This document shows positions 38,996 to 51,265 of a stretch of 64,000 nt of DNA, in pieces; within the stretch, counting starts at the first letter, position 1; each line of letters begins with the position of its first letter. Where the stretch lies: the NCBI GenBank assembly GCA_015680685.1, contig MNCI01000310.1, positions 1 to 64,000 on the forward strand. Reading direction: 5' to 3'. Made by a program: the position numbers and the translations under genes. This DNA comes from Gnetum montanum. Its lineage: Eukaryota; Plantae; Gnetophyta. Under the pieces are notes generated by a model. That model searched no databases, was not told the DNA's origin, and worked only from the letters and a program-made list of their open reading frames with translations.

Positions 38996-41279
38996 TACCC
39001 CCATGACTGAATGAAAACTCGTCCTCGATTTCCTTAAAAAATATTGGGAAGGAATGGGATTATTTACTTGAATGACAACTAATGGTGAATGGGATGACAT
39101 GTGAATAGATCAATCATTACAATACATGACAATATTAGTATTCATGACTACAATAATGAACATGGTACATAAATGACATCCAACCTTATTTGATAGCTAA
39201 GAAAGAAGAGAGAGAGAGAAAAAAAAGAAGGAGATGTGTTGCTAATAACACCAAGATTGCACCTCTTGTTGTTCATCTATAAGCACGCTATCAATCTTGT
39301 TCCTTACATGACTATTCCAGCACCAGTCCATCCTAAGTGTTTCCTCCAGGTGCAGTTCATTGTTGCATGATTGTCATCTGCACACACAACATAGTCGCAT
39401 ATTAGAAAGGATAAGTAAATCATAATGCAGTTGATACATTGCCTTGGTGTAAGGTCCATATGGCTAATATGGATTTTGGAGATATAACACTGGTGACTAC
39501 CCAAGGTGTAGGGATTAGGGAAAAATTGAAAAAACTGGACCAGGACCCCTATGACTAAGGGCGATCCTCCAGTAGCGATAGAATGGAAGAAGATAAGGAA
39601 TAAGAAAGATGGAGAAAAAGAAATAATGGGAACACCGATAAAATGGATGTCAGAGGTGGAAATGAACAAAATAAATGTTGATTGCAGCAATGTTTAAGGG
39701 AAAGAAGTTAACTGATGCACCAATTAGGAATGCCAATGGGTCCTCCCTAAAGTAGGCTCATGCCCATAATGCCCTGACAATCCCAGATTCAAAGAGTCCA
39801 TAGGCTCTGAAAATGTCATTTGGAAGCAAGATTTAAAGTCTTAACCATGAGAATATACCAAAAAGAAAATAATGCATCAACCAAGATATAGACTACTGAT
39901 ACAACCGACAATGAGGTGGAAAATGGAGAAAAAATGATGAAAAGAAGAGAATGGAATGGAGTCTCAAGAACAAGGTGAAGTACAGCCCCTTGTGGATTTA
40001 TGGTTAATGTGACTTAGTAGATCTCATTCCAAACCCAGCAAACAATCCACATCCAATGAATTCACATTAATACACTTGGCCAATCCATCCACTTGAAGTA
40101 GCAAGAATGCCTCCATCAAAGAGTCACTACCATTCCAAAGAAATGAGAAAGGGAAAAGTAGGAAATGAGCAAGGATCTTAGTTATAGGGAACATGCTTGT
40201 TTAGTTCTATAACTAGTGCTTGTAGCCTAGATGATTATTTTGTCTAATGAGTGTGCTTTGAATTCTCACTTTTTCTCTCTTTTTTTTCATATATTTTTAT
40301 ATTTTTTTATGCGTGAGAACCACACCATGCAAAGATTTATTATTATTTTTTATTGGCTCAACTTCCCAACAATGAAGTAACGTTGAAATGGTAAGGAAAG
40401 CGCAAGAAGAAAACATCCAAGCACCTAAGAGAATAGCCAACACAAATGCATCAAATCCCCTTGAAGTCACATCCATTTCAATCCTTGAGTCCTTCCATAG
40501 TTTGAGAAATGCCCAATCACCAATTCATTGATGGTTTTATTATTGAAGAAAGGGATTGTATCGTTCCAAGCCAAGAGAGACCATAGAAATTTATGGATGC
40601 ATGGATGATGTGGACTCATTGCTTGTATATCAAAAGAATCATACCTTAGTATCAACATTATAACTTGAAGGTAAAATCCAAACATTAGCAATCAATGGAA
40701 TACAGTTCATACCATCATCAAGAGAACTTATTAGGTAACGAATACAACAATCACACAAAGAAATGAAAAAGTATGAACAATGTTGTAAGACAAAAACAAG
40801 AAAAGTTAAATAAATTTGTAAAAAAAAACATGTAAAATAAAAACTTAAAAAAGGAATTGAGGGCCTCAATTGATCATCATAGGTGGCCATCTCCCCCATG
40901 ACTGAGTTGGAAGGAGGAGATCCAAAATAATTAGCAGGGTTATCCCTTCTCAGAGGTATTATGTGCATTGACTATTCTAGATTCATGGTAAGGTTTGGTC
41001 TATTGCACACTGACTAACAACTTCTTATTAATGTTTTGGCCTAACTTTTTATGGATTTCCAGCCTCGCTTAGTTGATGTTTTTCATGTTAAGGTTTGGAG
41101 GTTGGCGACGGACTTGCTCGAGTTCATCTATGCTTTTGATGTAGGCACTAGTTATTCCCTCAATTAGTTCCATGCACGTTAGTGAGTTATTCACTTGATT
41201 AGCTATCAGCCAATAGGTCTCTCTTTGTCATGTGGCTACTGCATATAGAAACTTTTGTATATTAATGTCTTGTGCATAC

Positions 41280-44200
41280 TACTTGCATGTAGGTAATGCT
41301 AAAATTTGCACAACCCATGATCTCTGTATGCAATTATAGCCTGTGTCATTGTATGAGATGCATGGAACCTTCCTCATCTTGATCCTTCCAAAGATGTTCT
41401 TCTTGGATATTTCCATGGAAAGATCACAGATTCTTAGGCATGCATCTATAGTACTTAACCATGCTCTTCCTATTATTATTGGGAAGTACCCTTTACCATT
41501 GTTTACTTGTATCACAAGGAAATTAGCTAGGTACAACCACCCACACATAGTGGTGACGATGTCCTCCACCAGTCCCAAGGGGACAGTGATGGATTGGCCA
41601 GCTAGCTTTAGGCAAATATTTCTCTTCCTTAGTGGAGGTAGGTTCTAGGCTTTGTACATCTCTTGCAATATTAGGTTGACTTTGGAACCTGAGTCTAGAA
41701 GAGCTTTACATGGTTCATTCCGAGTGACTTGGACATAGATTAGAGGGCTCCCAAGATCAGAGAATTTCTTGGGAATGTGGTCAATATTAATCCAGTGAGT
41801 AATGGCATGTGTTAACATAATCGTATGCGTTGAACTCGATGTTTGGTTTAAAGGGAGCTTTGAAGCCTTATTTGATGGGGAGGCATTCAAAGGTTTAACC
41901 ACTTGTGATTGTGAGGATTTGGTTGGAATGTTGGTTCTAAAGAAAGGTCTTCTCTTCATACAATTTTCAAAACCAATAGCAGGTTGAGTATTTATAGCCC
42001 TTGTGGCATTGCGTTGCTACGGTTGAGTGGGGAGTTCCCCTTGCATTGCTGGAGTAGGTGGTAATGGAGCTATCGATGTGAGTATTGGGGATGGATTCAA
42101 AGGATGGTATGTGTGTGGGTTATCTCCTAGAGAAGAAGGAGTCCTAAAATACTCCTGAGCTTGCTAGTGATGTTGTGGTGTAATGTGACCAACAGAGTCA
42201 CATGGAGAGATCAGATGCTACACGTAGTAGCCATATCAGTCTGGTTGCTGGTAGGGGTATTTATGCCTTAGTGGTGGCATCCCCCATAACTGTGCATATT
42301 TCCACTGTTGATGTTTCTTAACGGGTTCTGCTGGAGTTCCACTTGGATAATATGTTGAAGGTTGATGGAACTACCTTGGATTACCTTGAGGATAAGGTAA
42401 CTGTCAGGGTGCTTGTCGTTTATTAAATTTTGGGTTCAGTGCATACACCCCAAACTCTTGTAGATGTGAGATTACTAGGCAACATCCCTTAGGATGGTTG
42501 TATTATCATATCTCACATCCATTGTCATCGTCTATGTCTAAATCCACAACCCCTTCTATGAAGGCCATTTTACCCTTACCCTTGCTACATGCATTATCTA
42601 CATCTCTCTTTTTCTTTTGGTCATAGTCACTATCTCACTCCCTAGATTCCTCTATAATTTTAAGTACAGTTTCAAACCTACTATCTAGGGAGTCCCACAT
42701 TTGATCTACCTTTGCTGATACTTTGATTGTTAACTTTTGGAGTAGAAAGGTTTTCCTATTCACCATCTCTTCGAGTGATGACTCTTCTTCCTCCTCACAG
42801 AATCTCACTCCCCTTTTTTGGAGGGAAGGATATCGATTGTACTCTTTCACACTTTCTCTCTTTCGTAGCTCACCTTCTTCTTTAGTTACTTGCTCTAGCA
42901 ATCTATGGATTTGATGAGACCTAAGCTTTGATAATCTTCCTTGGGCATACATGCCGAGGGTTCTTCTTGTTTCATGCCTAAGTGCATCCACGAGATGGCA
43001 TAGTTGATCCTGTTGTGAATAACCATGGTCAAGGCAATGATGTAACAGTGCATAATAGAGGCCCATGGTAGCATCCAAGGGTTCATGATTTCCTTGCTTC
43101 CATCCTTGGATTTTCTTTCATAGGTTAGACACTTGGGAGTATCTTTGGTACTTATCATTAAATAGTTCTAACATTGTACTCCACCTCCAAATGGATTTCA
43201 GTTCTAAGGACTCGTACCATCTTTTAGCTTCTTTCACTAGTATCCTTGGGAACAATTTTAGTTTTTGCCATTGATTTTCTATGTTTTGCAAGGGACATGC
43301 ATCATGGAATGCTTGTAAGTGATTTTGAGGATCAGCATTGTATCCCCCCTCAAACCATGGGATGTTATTCATGTCTAAACTCTTGATCCTACTATCTTTT
43401 CGGTGCCTTGTGGGAACTCTTATAGCCTCTGTTATGTCTAGCATGCTCCTAGTTGCGAGGAGTTCTTCGTGGTCATCTTGTTCATAGCATCTATGGTGTC
43501 TACACAGTTCCCTACTCTCCTTTCTTCCATGCCTTGATTCCTTAGAGTGCCCTCATCCTCGTTCTTGACTATCTCATTGATGTTATTCACTCTGTTTACC
43601 TTTATCCTCAAGGTTGGTTTCCTAATGACTACATCTAAACACTGAAGGAGAGGGTGAATGTGACGATGAAGGTGAAGAATAAGGAGAACCATTGCCATGA
43701 TGGTATTTTTTACCTTCTCTTCGATGGTCTCAGCCATGATAGTGATCATGATCAGAACGTCCATACTTGTCGTGTGGTTGTGTTTCCTCTTTGAACAGTT
43801 CATGTTTGTGGGTATTAGAACCAGGGTTGCGAATAGTGGAGTGAAGGTTCTGATACACCACCTTCTGACCATCAGCAAGTTCACCACTCTCAATTTTTCT
43901 TAAGACATACAGAGCATTATGGGGCCATTTACCCTTTGAGGATGTATAGTAACTCTCCTGTCGCAAGTCCCTTTGACATTGCACTTCTATGGGATGGTAG
44001 TCCCTTGTATCATGATCGCATGCAATGTATTCCTCATATAAAAGTGGCATGCCTATTCATGTGAGAGCATGAAGGAGCATGTTGGGGACTGATCAGTCTA
44101 GAGGTAACAGTATGTTACCTTCCAAGTCTCTCCAACGTAGTTGTTCATCTTGGTGGTGGATAAAGGTAAATTTGGGTACATACTCATCATGATGAGTATA

Positions 44201-44344
44201 TACCACATGAAACTGTTGAGGAACTAGCAAATCTTGGTTACATGTATTATGTCGCTGATTGTCTCTTGTGTTAGTCCTAGGTAATGAAATGCTCTTATGT
44301 GGAGAACAAGACATTTTTGTCTTGTTCAGTGTGATATTTACCAT
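41280..44344 (-). pseudogene. gag: Degenerate gag and aspartic protease
   Basis: IPWFEGGYNADPQNHLQAFHDAC..KLKLFPRIL..AKRWYESL; remnant CEI..HPKGCC knuckle at ~42480-42520; protease DLGSPLI..ALLDSGSKVNL..PIIIGRAWLST. Confidence 0.88.
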
Positions 44345-44440
44345 TGTATTATCTTTTCTTGATTAATACTAAGGGTTCATTCTAGCGTCCCAATGATATG
44401 AATGATTTCCTATGTTCTACGTAGAGCACAAACAACTAAG

Positions 44441-44459
44441 TCCCCGACTACGATGCCAA
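44441..44459 (-). other. Primer binding site, tRNA-Asp type (decayed)
   Basis: Minus strand TTGGCATCGTAGTCGGGGA directly after the 5' LTR, versus Athila TGGCGCCGTTGCCGGGGA. Confidence 0.8.
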
Positions 44460-45246
44460 TGATGAGTGGCAAGGTACCCCTATACTCAACCATACGAATA
44501 CGAGTGTTTCATCTGCAATCTAGTCAAACTCCAAGAACTAAGTGCTTATGCATCTTAATGGAACACTTAAGGTTAATAAATTGTTGTCTTCCCAAACTTA
44601 CTTGTATTATCATGGTTGTATGGTTAAGTAAGCTTGAGGTATATTATTTTTATAGCTTCATCTTTTAACGTCTTATTCTAATACGGGAAGGTGAAGAGAA
44701 CTAAGTGACTAACTTACATTAACTATTCACTAACTAAGTTCTAATTGTTCCTAACACTAGTATTCGTTCCCACTTGCCATACACATCTTGAACTAGTGTA
44801 ACACTACTGGGATTACCAAACACTACTCATTATTGGGTTACAAAGTGCTACACGCATGCTCAAAGTGATCGTATTGAGTGTACTTAAGTAAGAGGATCAA
44901 GGGTTGAAAGAGATTAATTATCTAGGAAAGCATTAAAACATTCAGCAATAATTAATTACTATTTAGCTAAATTTGTATGCTACAAGGCTTATCATAAAGT
45001 TCATCTTTATTTCCATACGCAAATGTGTGCTGAGGTACAAATTTCTCGAGTAAAGATCCGTTCACTCTATGACTCCTACTGTGGGAATTATTCTAACTCT
45101 AGAATGGTAAAACTACAAGAGTTTAGCTAAGGATCTAAGACTAACTCTCAAAACTAAGGGCACAACCTCTTATTTATAGAAGATGAGGTAGGATGCGATA
45201 TTGCATATGCGATATCACATGGCGGATGTGATATTACGACTCATTA
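44460..45246 (-). repeat. 5' LTR of Athila-like element
   Basis: TGATG...CATTA termini; minus-strand TATAAATA at ~45170; followed by TSD GAGGG. Confidence 0.93.
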
Positions 45247-45497
45247 GAGGGCATTCTCAAGGAGGATGTTCTCAAGGAGGGCACTCTTAGGAAGGGTGCT
45301 CTCCAAGAGAATGCTCTCAATTAAGGTGCTCTCAAGGTGAACACTCTCACCTACATAATGCAAGGTGCTCTCATGGAGGCCACTCACAAGGAGAATGTTC
45401 TCATGGAGGCCTCTCTAATGAAGGCCACTCTAAGGGAGAATGCTCTCAAGTAGGGAACTCTTTGACAAAATGCTCTCAACAAGGGTGCTCTAGTGAG
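45247..45497. repeat. Satellite B, segment 2
   Basis: Same 15-bp units. Confidence 0.9.
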
Positions 45498-47087
45498 TGA
45501 AACACCCTAAAATTTGAAGGCATGCTTGCTTCACCAAGTCTTTGCAATTTGCGCAGCATTACGGTAGTTCTTTAGAAGATGGACGCTCTGATGTTCAAAC
45601 TATCCAGTTTAGAACGTTTTCTACCCTAGGTGTTAATAGGCTAAATGGACTCTCCAACCTACCCACCTAAGTAGTTCATCCAAATGATGGTGCACTTAGG
45701 AGCGGTGCGTGGAATTTTTGGCTGTACTCAGAACATGCAAAGCACTTCAATAAAGTTTTCTAAGTCAAGGAGTTTTGCTATGCTATGCTACGATATCTAG
45801 CATAGCAAACTTTAGAAGATGTTTGTAGTAGCGTAGTGCTACGCTATACTGTGCCATGCAATGTAGCACAATCCACTTCAAGAAACAAGCCATGTTGGCT
45901 GCTAAGCTACATGGTATAGCAAGGTGTAGTAATTCTGTGAAAGTGATAGAAGACATCTCAAAGGATGGGATCAGCATGTTCGTAGGCTTCGCAGTGTAAA
46001 AGGCAAGGTTTGCAGATTGGTGATGTTTTTTGCAGCTAAGGACAGCTACTATGCTATGTAGTGTAGCATACCATATCAATTATGCATTAAATAGTCAATG
46101 TGCTTCAAAGGTTTCCAACGCATGCAGCAGGACACAACGCAAATGTTTTGCTTTGAACCAGCAGCTACACTACACTGCGTAGCGTAGCACAGCATAACAA
46201 GATGTTATGCTACACTAAGCATGCTATACTACAAAGCATAGTAGAGCATGGAAAGGAGTTACACTACATTAATGCACTCCACCTAATTGCACCATTGCTC
46301 TGACAGTGCAATTACAACGTGGCAGGCTTGTAATTACAGCATGGTAGACTTTCCCAATGATCATGTAGGCACGTGCAACATAGATAGATCAATGCAAGCC
46401 AGGGCATGTGGCATCCAAACTACATCTTTTTCACACCCTTGGTCCTATAAATACCCCAATGAGCAATGCTCAAAGTTTCCAAGTCTTGGTTTTTTGGCAT
46501 TTCTGGTTGGCTAACAATTTTGTTGGCTGACAAGCAAGAAAGTTAGCACTGTAGCCTTGAGCATTGTAACCTTTCTATTTGACATTGTACATAGTTAGCA
46601 CTCTCAATTGGCATTTTGTTCTACTCTTTTCTACCACCTTGGTAGCATCTTGTATTGTTAACGCCTGAGTCCACGTTCAAGCACACAACTATCTTGATCT
46701 ACATGTCTTGGTTACTCTCAGGATCTCTACACTTCTCAATGCTATGCGACCGATTGTATCCACCTTGACAAAGCAAATTCGTAGCTTCAAAGTGGTGCAT
46801 TTTTCTAACTGCATTTTACTTTGTCTCCTACTGGTTATTTCATTTTACACTACTTTCTATTATTTTTATATTTAAGCATTACATCGTGCTATCAGCCTCG
46901 TTTTCAAATCACACGTTGCAAAAGGTTATATTAACACCAACTAAGTCCTTGTGTGATCGACCAGACCATTCAAGGCACCCCATTTTCATTCCATCCAGTA
47001 GAGCCCTCCCATGGAAATGGGGTTAAGATTGTCAATGACTGATGACCCATCCATGTTTTCTAGTCGCCGATGTTTTTAGTCGTTATA
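45498..47087 (+). mobile_element. Solo LTR, family A (same family as 8752-10484)
   Basis: TGAAACACCCTAAAATTTGAAGGCATGC...CGTTATA; TSD GTGAG/GGGAG (one mismatch). Confidence 0.92.
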
Positions 47088-49118
47088 GGGAGAATGCTCT
47101 TTGGAAGGCCACCCTAATGGATGGTGCTCTTAAGGAGAACTCTCTCATGGAGGGTAATCTCATGTAGAATGGTCATAAGGAGGACACTCTTAAGGAGGTC
47201 ATCTTCAGGGAGACCACTCTTAAGGAGGGCATTGTAATGGAGGAGGCTCCCAAGATGAATGCTCTTACAAAGGGCACTCTTGAGTAGGGCACTCTCATAG
47301 AGAATGGTATTAAGGAGGATAGTCTCAAAGAGTGGGTCCTTAGGGAGATCACTCTCAGGGAGGGCATTCTCAAGGAGGACACTCTTAGGAAGGGTTCTCT
47401 TTGATAGAACACTCTCAACGAGGATGCTCTGGAGGAGAATACTAACATGAGCGTGCAAGGTGCTCTCAAGGAAAACACTCTTGTGGAGGTAAATCTAATG
47501 TAAAAGGCTCTCAAGAAGAACACTCTCAGGGAGGGAACTCTCATGAAGAACACTCTTAAAAAGGATGCTATCGAGGATGGCATCCTTAGTGAGATAGCTC
47601 TCAAGGAGAGCATTCTTAGGGAGGGCACTCTTAGGAAGGGCACTCACCAAAAGAATGTTCTCAACAAGGGTACTCTCAAGGTGAACACTCTCACATGTGT
47701 AACACAAGGTGCTCTCATGGACAACGCTCTCATTGAGGCTGCTCTTAAGGAGAATGCTCTCATAGAGGCCACTCTGCTCTCAGGAAGGGCACTCTAAACA
47801 AGGGTGATCTTAAATAAAATGATCTCAACAAGGGTGCTCCAGGGAGAACACTCCTAGCAAGGGCCCTTTCAAATAGAACACTCTTCGAAAGGCCACTCTA
47901 ACAAAGGGTGCTCTCAAGTAGAATGCTTTTAGGTAGGGCATCCCTAGCGAGATTGATCTTAAGGAGAGCATTCTAATGGAGGGTGCTCCACAAGAGAATG
48001 CTCTCAACAAGGGCACTCATGAGGAGAACACTCTGATGTGCATAATGTAAGGTGCTCTCAAGGAGAACGCTCTGAGGGAGGTTGCTATGTGAAAGAGTGC
48101 TCTTTGGGAGGGTGCCCTCTAAGAAGGAGCTCTCAACAAGTGCACTCTCAAGGAAAATACTCTCACGTGCTTGGGTAAGGCACTCTCAGGGAGAATGCTC
48201 TTTGAAAGGCCACTTTAATGGAGGGCACTCTTAGGAAGGGTGCTCTCAATGAGAACATTCTTAAGGAGGATGCTCTCGAGGAGGGAATCCTTAAGGAAAC
48301 CACTCTCAAGGAGGTAACTCTTTAACAAAATGCTCTCAATGAGGGTGCTTCAGAGAGAACGTTCTCGATGAGGATCCTATCAAAGAGAATGCTCTTTACA
48401 AGGCTACTCTAACGGAGGGTAATCTTAAGGAGAATGCTCTCAAGGAGGATGATCTCATGTAGAACACTCTTAAGTAGGATGCTCTCAAGGAGGGCATCGT
48501 TAGCGAGACTGATATTAAGGAGTGCATTCTAATAGAGGTAGATCTCCAAGAGAAAAATCTCACGTGCATAATGCAAAGTGCTTTCAGGGAGAATGCTCTA
48601 AGGGAGAGTGCTCTCTAGGAGGGCATCCTTTATGAGTGAGCTCTCAATGAGGGTGCTCTCAAGGAGAACACTCTCACGTGCGTAGTGCAAGGAACTCTCA
48701 AGGAAGATGCTCTAAAGGAGAATGATCTCTAAGACCCCACTCTAATGGAGGAATCTATTAAGGAGAATGCTTTTAGGGAGGGAAATCTCATGAAGAATGT
48801 TCTTAAGGAGTATGCTCTCAAGGAGGGCATCCTTAGGGAGACTGCTCTTAAGGATGGTGTTCTTAGGAAGGGCACTCTTAGGAAGGGTGCTCTTCGAAAG
48901 AATTCTCTCAATGAGGGCACTCTCTAGGTGAACACTCTCACGTGTGTAATGCAAGGTGCTCTCATGGACAATGCTCTCATGAAGGCTACTCTTAAGGAGA
49001 ATGCTCTCATGGAGGCTGCTCTAATGGAGGTTTCTCTAAGGGACAACATTCTCAAGGAGGCCACTCTTCGATAAAATTCTCTCAATGAGGGTTATCCAAG
49101 GAGAACACTCTTTGGAAG
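47088..49118. repeat. Satellite B, segment 3
   Basis: Same 15-bp units. Confidence 0.92.
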
Positions 49119-50415
49119 TGAAACACCATAAAATTTTTGGTCTCGGCATCACAGCTACAAATATGGCTAAGTGTCAAAATAGTGGCACTTTGCCCATATT
49201 TTTTCAAGTGTTGAGTATAGTTAGCTCCAACTGCTAGATTTTCAAAATTTTTCTAAGTGATAGAATGCTAGCACTTTCTATAGATTCACATGTCACCTGG
49301 TTACGCTATGTAGCATAGCACCATGTCTACTACAACATAGCACCCAATTACATTGCATAGCGTAACACCATGTCTACTATAGTGTAGCACCTGATTACAC
49401 TATGTAGAGTAGCATAGCATAGCACCATTTATACTACAGCGTAGCACCCTATTACGCATAGTGTAGCACCCTATTACATTGTGTAGCATAGCGCAACGTA
49501 GCACCTTGTCACGTGCAGTAGACAGTGGATGGGCACAGTAGACAGTGTCATGTGTCCCACATGTTACATGGGATGGGTGCAGTAGATAGTGTCCTATGTT
49601 CTGCATGTAACATGGGATGAGCGTAGTAGCCAGCATCCTGTGGTCCCACACACTACACTGCCACGTGGCACCTGATCTGCATTCTGGGCTAACCCTAGCT
49701 ATATAAATACCCTTATGCCCTCTTTTGAGAGAAGGGAGTGGGCTTTCATTTTTCACCAAGGAGCCAGTTGGCACTTCCATTTAGCATTTTGGCACTTTGG
49801 CATTTTGACACTTAGCTCCATGGACAAACAAGACCCAAAACACCCCACACTAATAGAGAGGCACAACTACACCACATAGTACATTATAGCCCCATTGTAG
49901 CCCAATAGAACCTCACATGGTACATCGTGGCTACTAGCCTAGCAGGCATAATTGAACATAGTGAGTACTAAACTTCATAGCCTGACACCACTGAGGCTAT
50001 GTCTATGCTCCCACTATGCCTATTGTACATTGTGTATACCTTTTTGAATTATCTACACTCCCCTAATATTGGGGTGGTGCATTTTTTCTTCCAAGCTCTT
50101 ATTTTATTCTATTGCACCATACATGTTTCATTATTGTGTGTTTTTGCATGCTTTTTATCCTGGTTACATACTTTAGTATGTTTCTACTGTTGTGTGTATC
50201 ATGTTTTCTTTTGGTCCAATCCTCATGCATCATACTCTAAAATCACTGTTTACAATCTGTTATTTGACACCACATAAGTTCCTATCTGATCTATGAAACT
50301 ATTTAAGGCATCCCGTTTCTATTTTCTCTAGCATGACCCTTGCACAAATCTGGGGTTAGGTTGTACACCCAATGACCTCTCAGTGTTTCAGCCACTGATG
50401 TTTTTGGACGTCATA
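49119..50415 (+). repeat. 5' LTR (family B, 1297 bp)
   Basis: Colinear with 56602-58890 apart from the repeat block; TATAAATA at ~49702. Confidence 0.92.
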
Positions 50416-51265
50416 ATTCTTGACAATAGAAGGAGGGCCTAAACCTCTATGTTTCTTCCCTATGCCATGGGTAATCCTACATGATTTCTATACCCCCATC
50501 ACCTGCTAGCATAGATGTGACACCCCTATGGTTGTCTACACACTAGGTGGTGTAGATTGGTTGCCACGATGGTTCCTCTGGAACCTTGTAGGTCGAAAGC
50601 CCAAAACTATCTTCTAAGTTATGCTACCTATGTCCTATTTAGCTTAGCAACCCCACCAACATAGCAATTTCCAAATAGTCTACTGTGTTACACTGACTAT
50701 CTACTGTGTTACATTGTCTATGTCTACTATGTTACATTGTCTACTATGTCTACTATGTTACACTGCCTATGTCCTGTGTAGTGTAGTGACCCTATCAGCG
50801 TAGTGGCCCCTCCCAGCATAGTGAACATAGCAAGCTCTAGTGTAGTGAGCATGAAAAGCTACAGTAGTAAGCTCTAGTGTAGCAGGAATGACAAGCTACA
50901 ATAGCAAGCTCCAATGTAGTGAGTGTGACGAGCTATAACGTAGCGAGTGTAGCACCAGTGTTGGCCATTTTTAGTAGTTTTCATACTTAGAATTTTTTCT
51001 GCATTGTTACACTTAGCCATTTTTCTATATTTTTATACTTAGCCATTTCCCTGATATTGAAATACATAGTCATTTTTCTGCTATTTCTTAGAGTTAGCCA
51101 TTTTCTGCAAATAGCAACTCTCACAACCCAATCTATGAATATGAATCTAGATCAACTTCCACCCTCGTGTCTAACACATTTGACACTACAATCTAGCCAA
51201 AGCATGCCACACTAAGCCACAAACAATAAAATTTTGTTTGTGCCAAAATCCAAGCAGGATTACTC

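Larger units (their letters stand above)
38186..45246 (-). mobile_element. Athila-like Ty3/gypsy element, non-autonomous (gag-protease only)
   Basis: Paired LTRs 38186-38995 and 44460-45246, perfect TSD GAGGG, tRNA-Asp-type PBS, G-rich PPT; no RT/RH/INT motifs. Confidence 0.9.
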
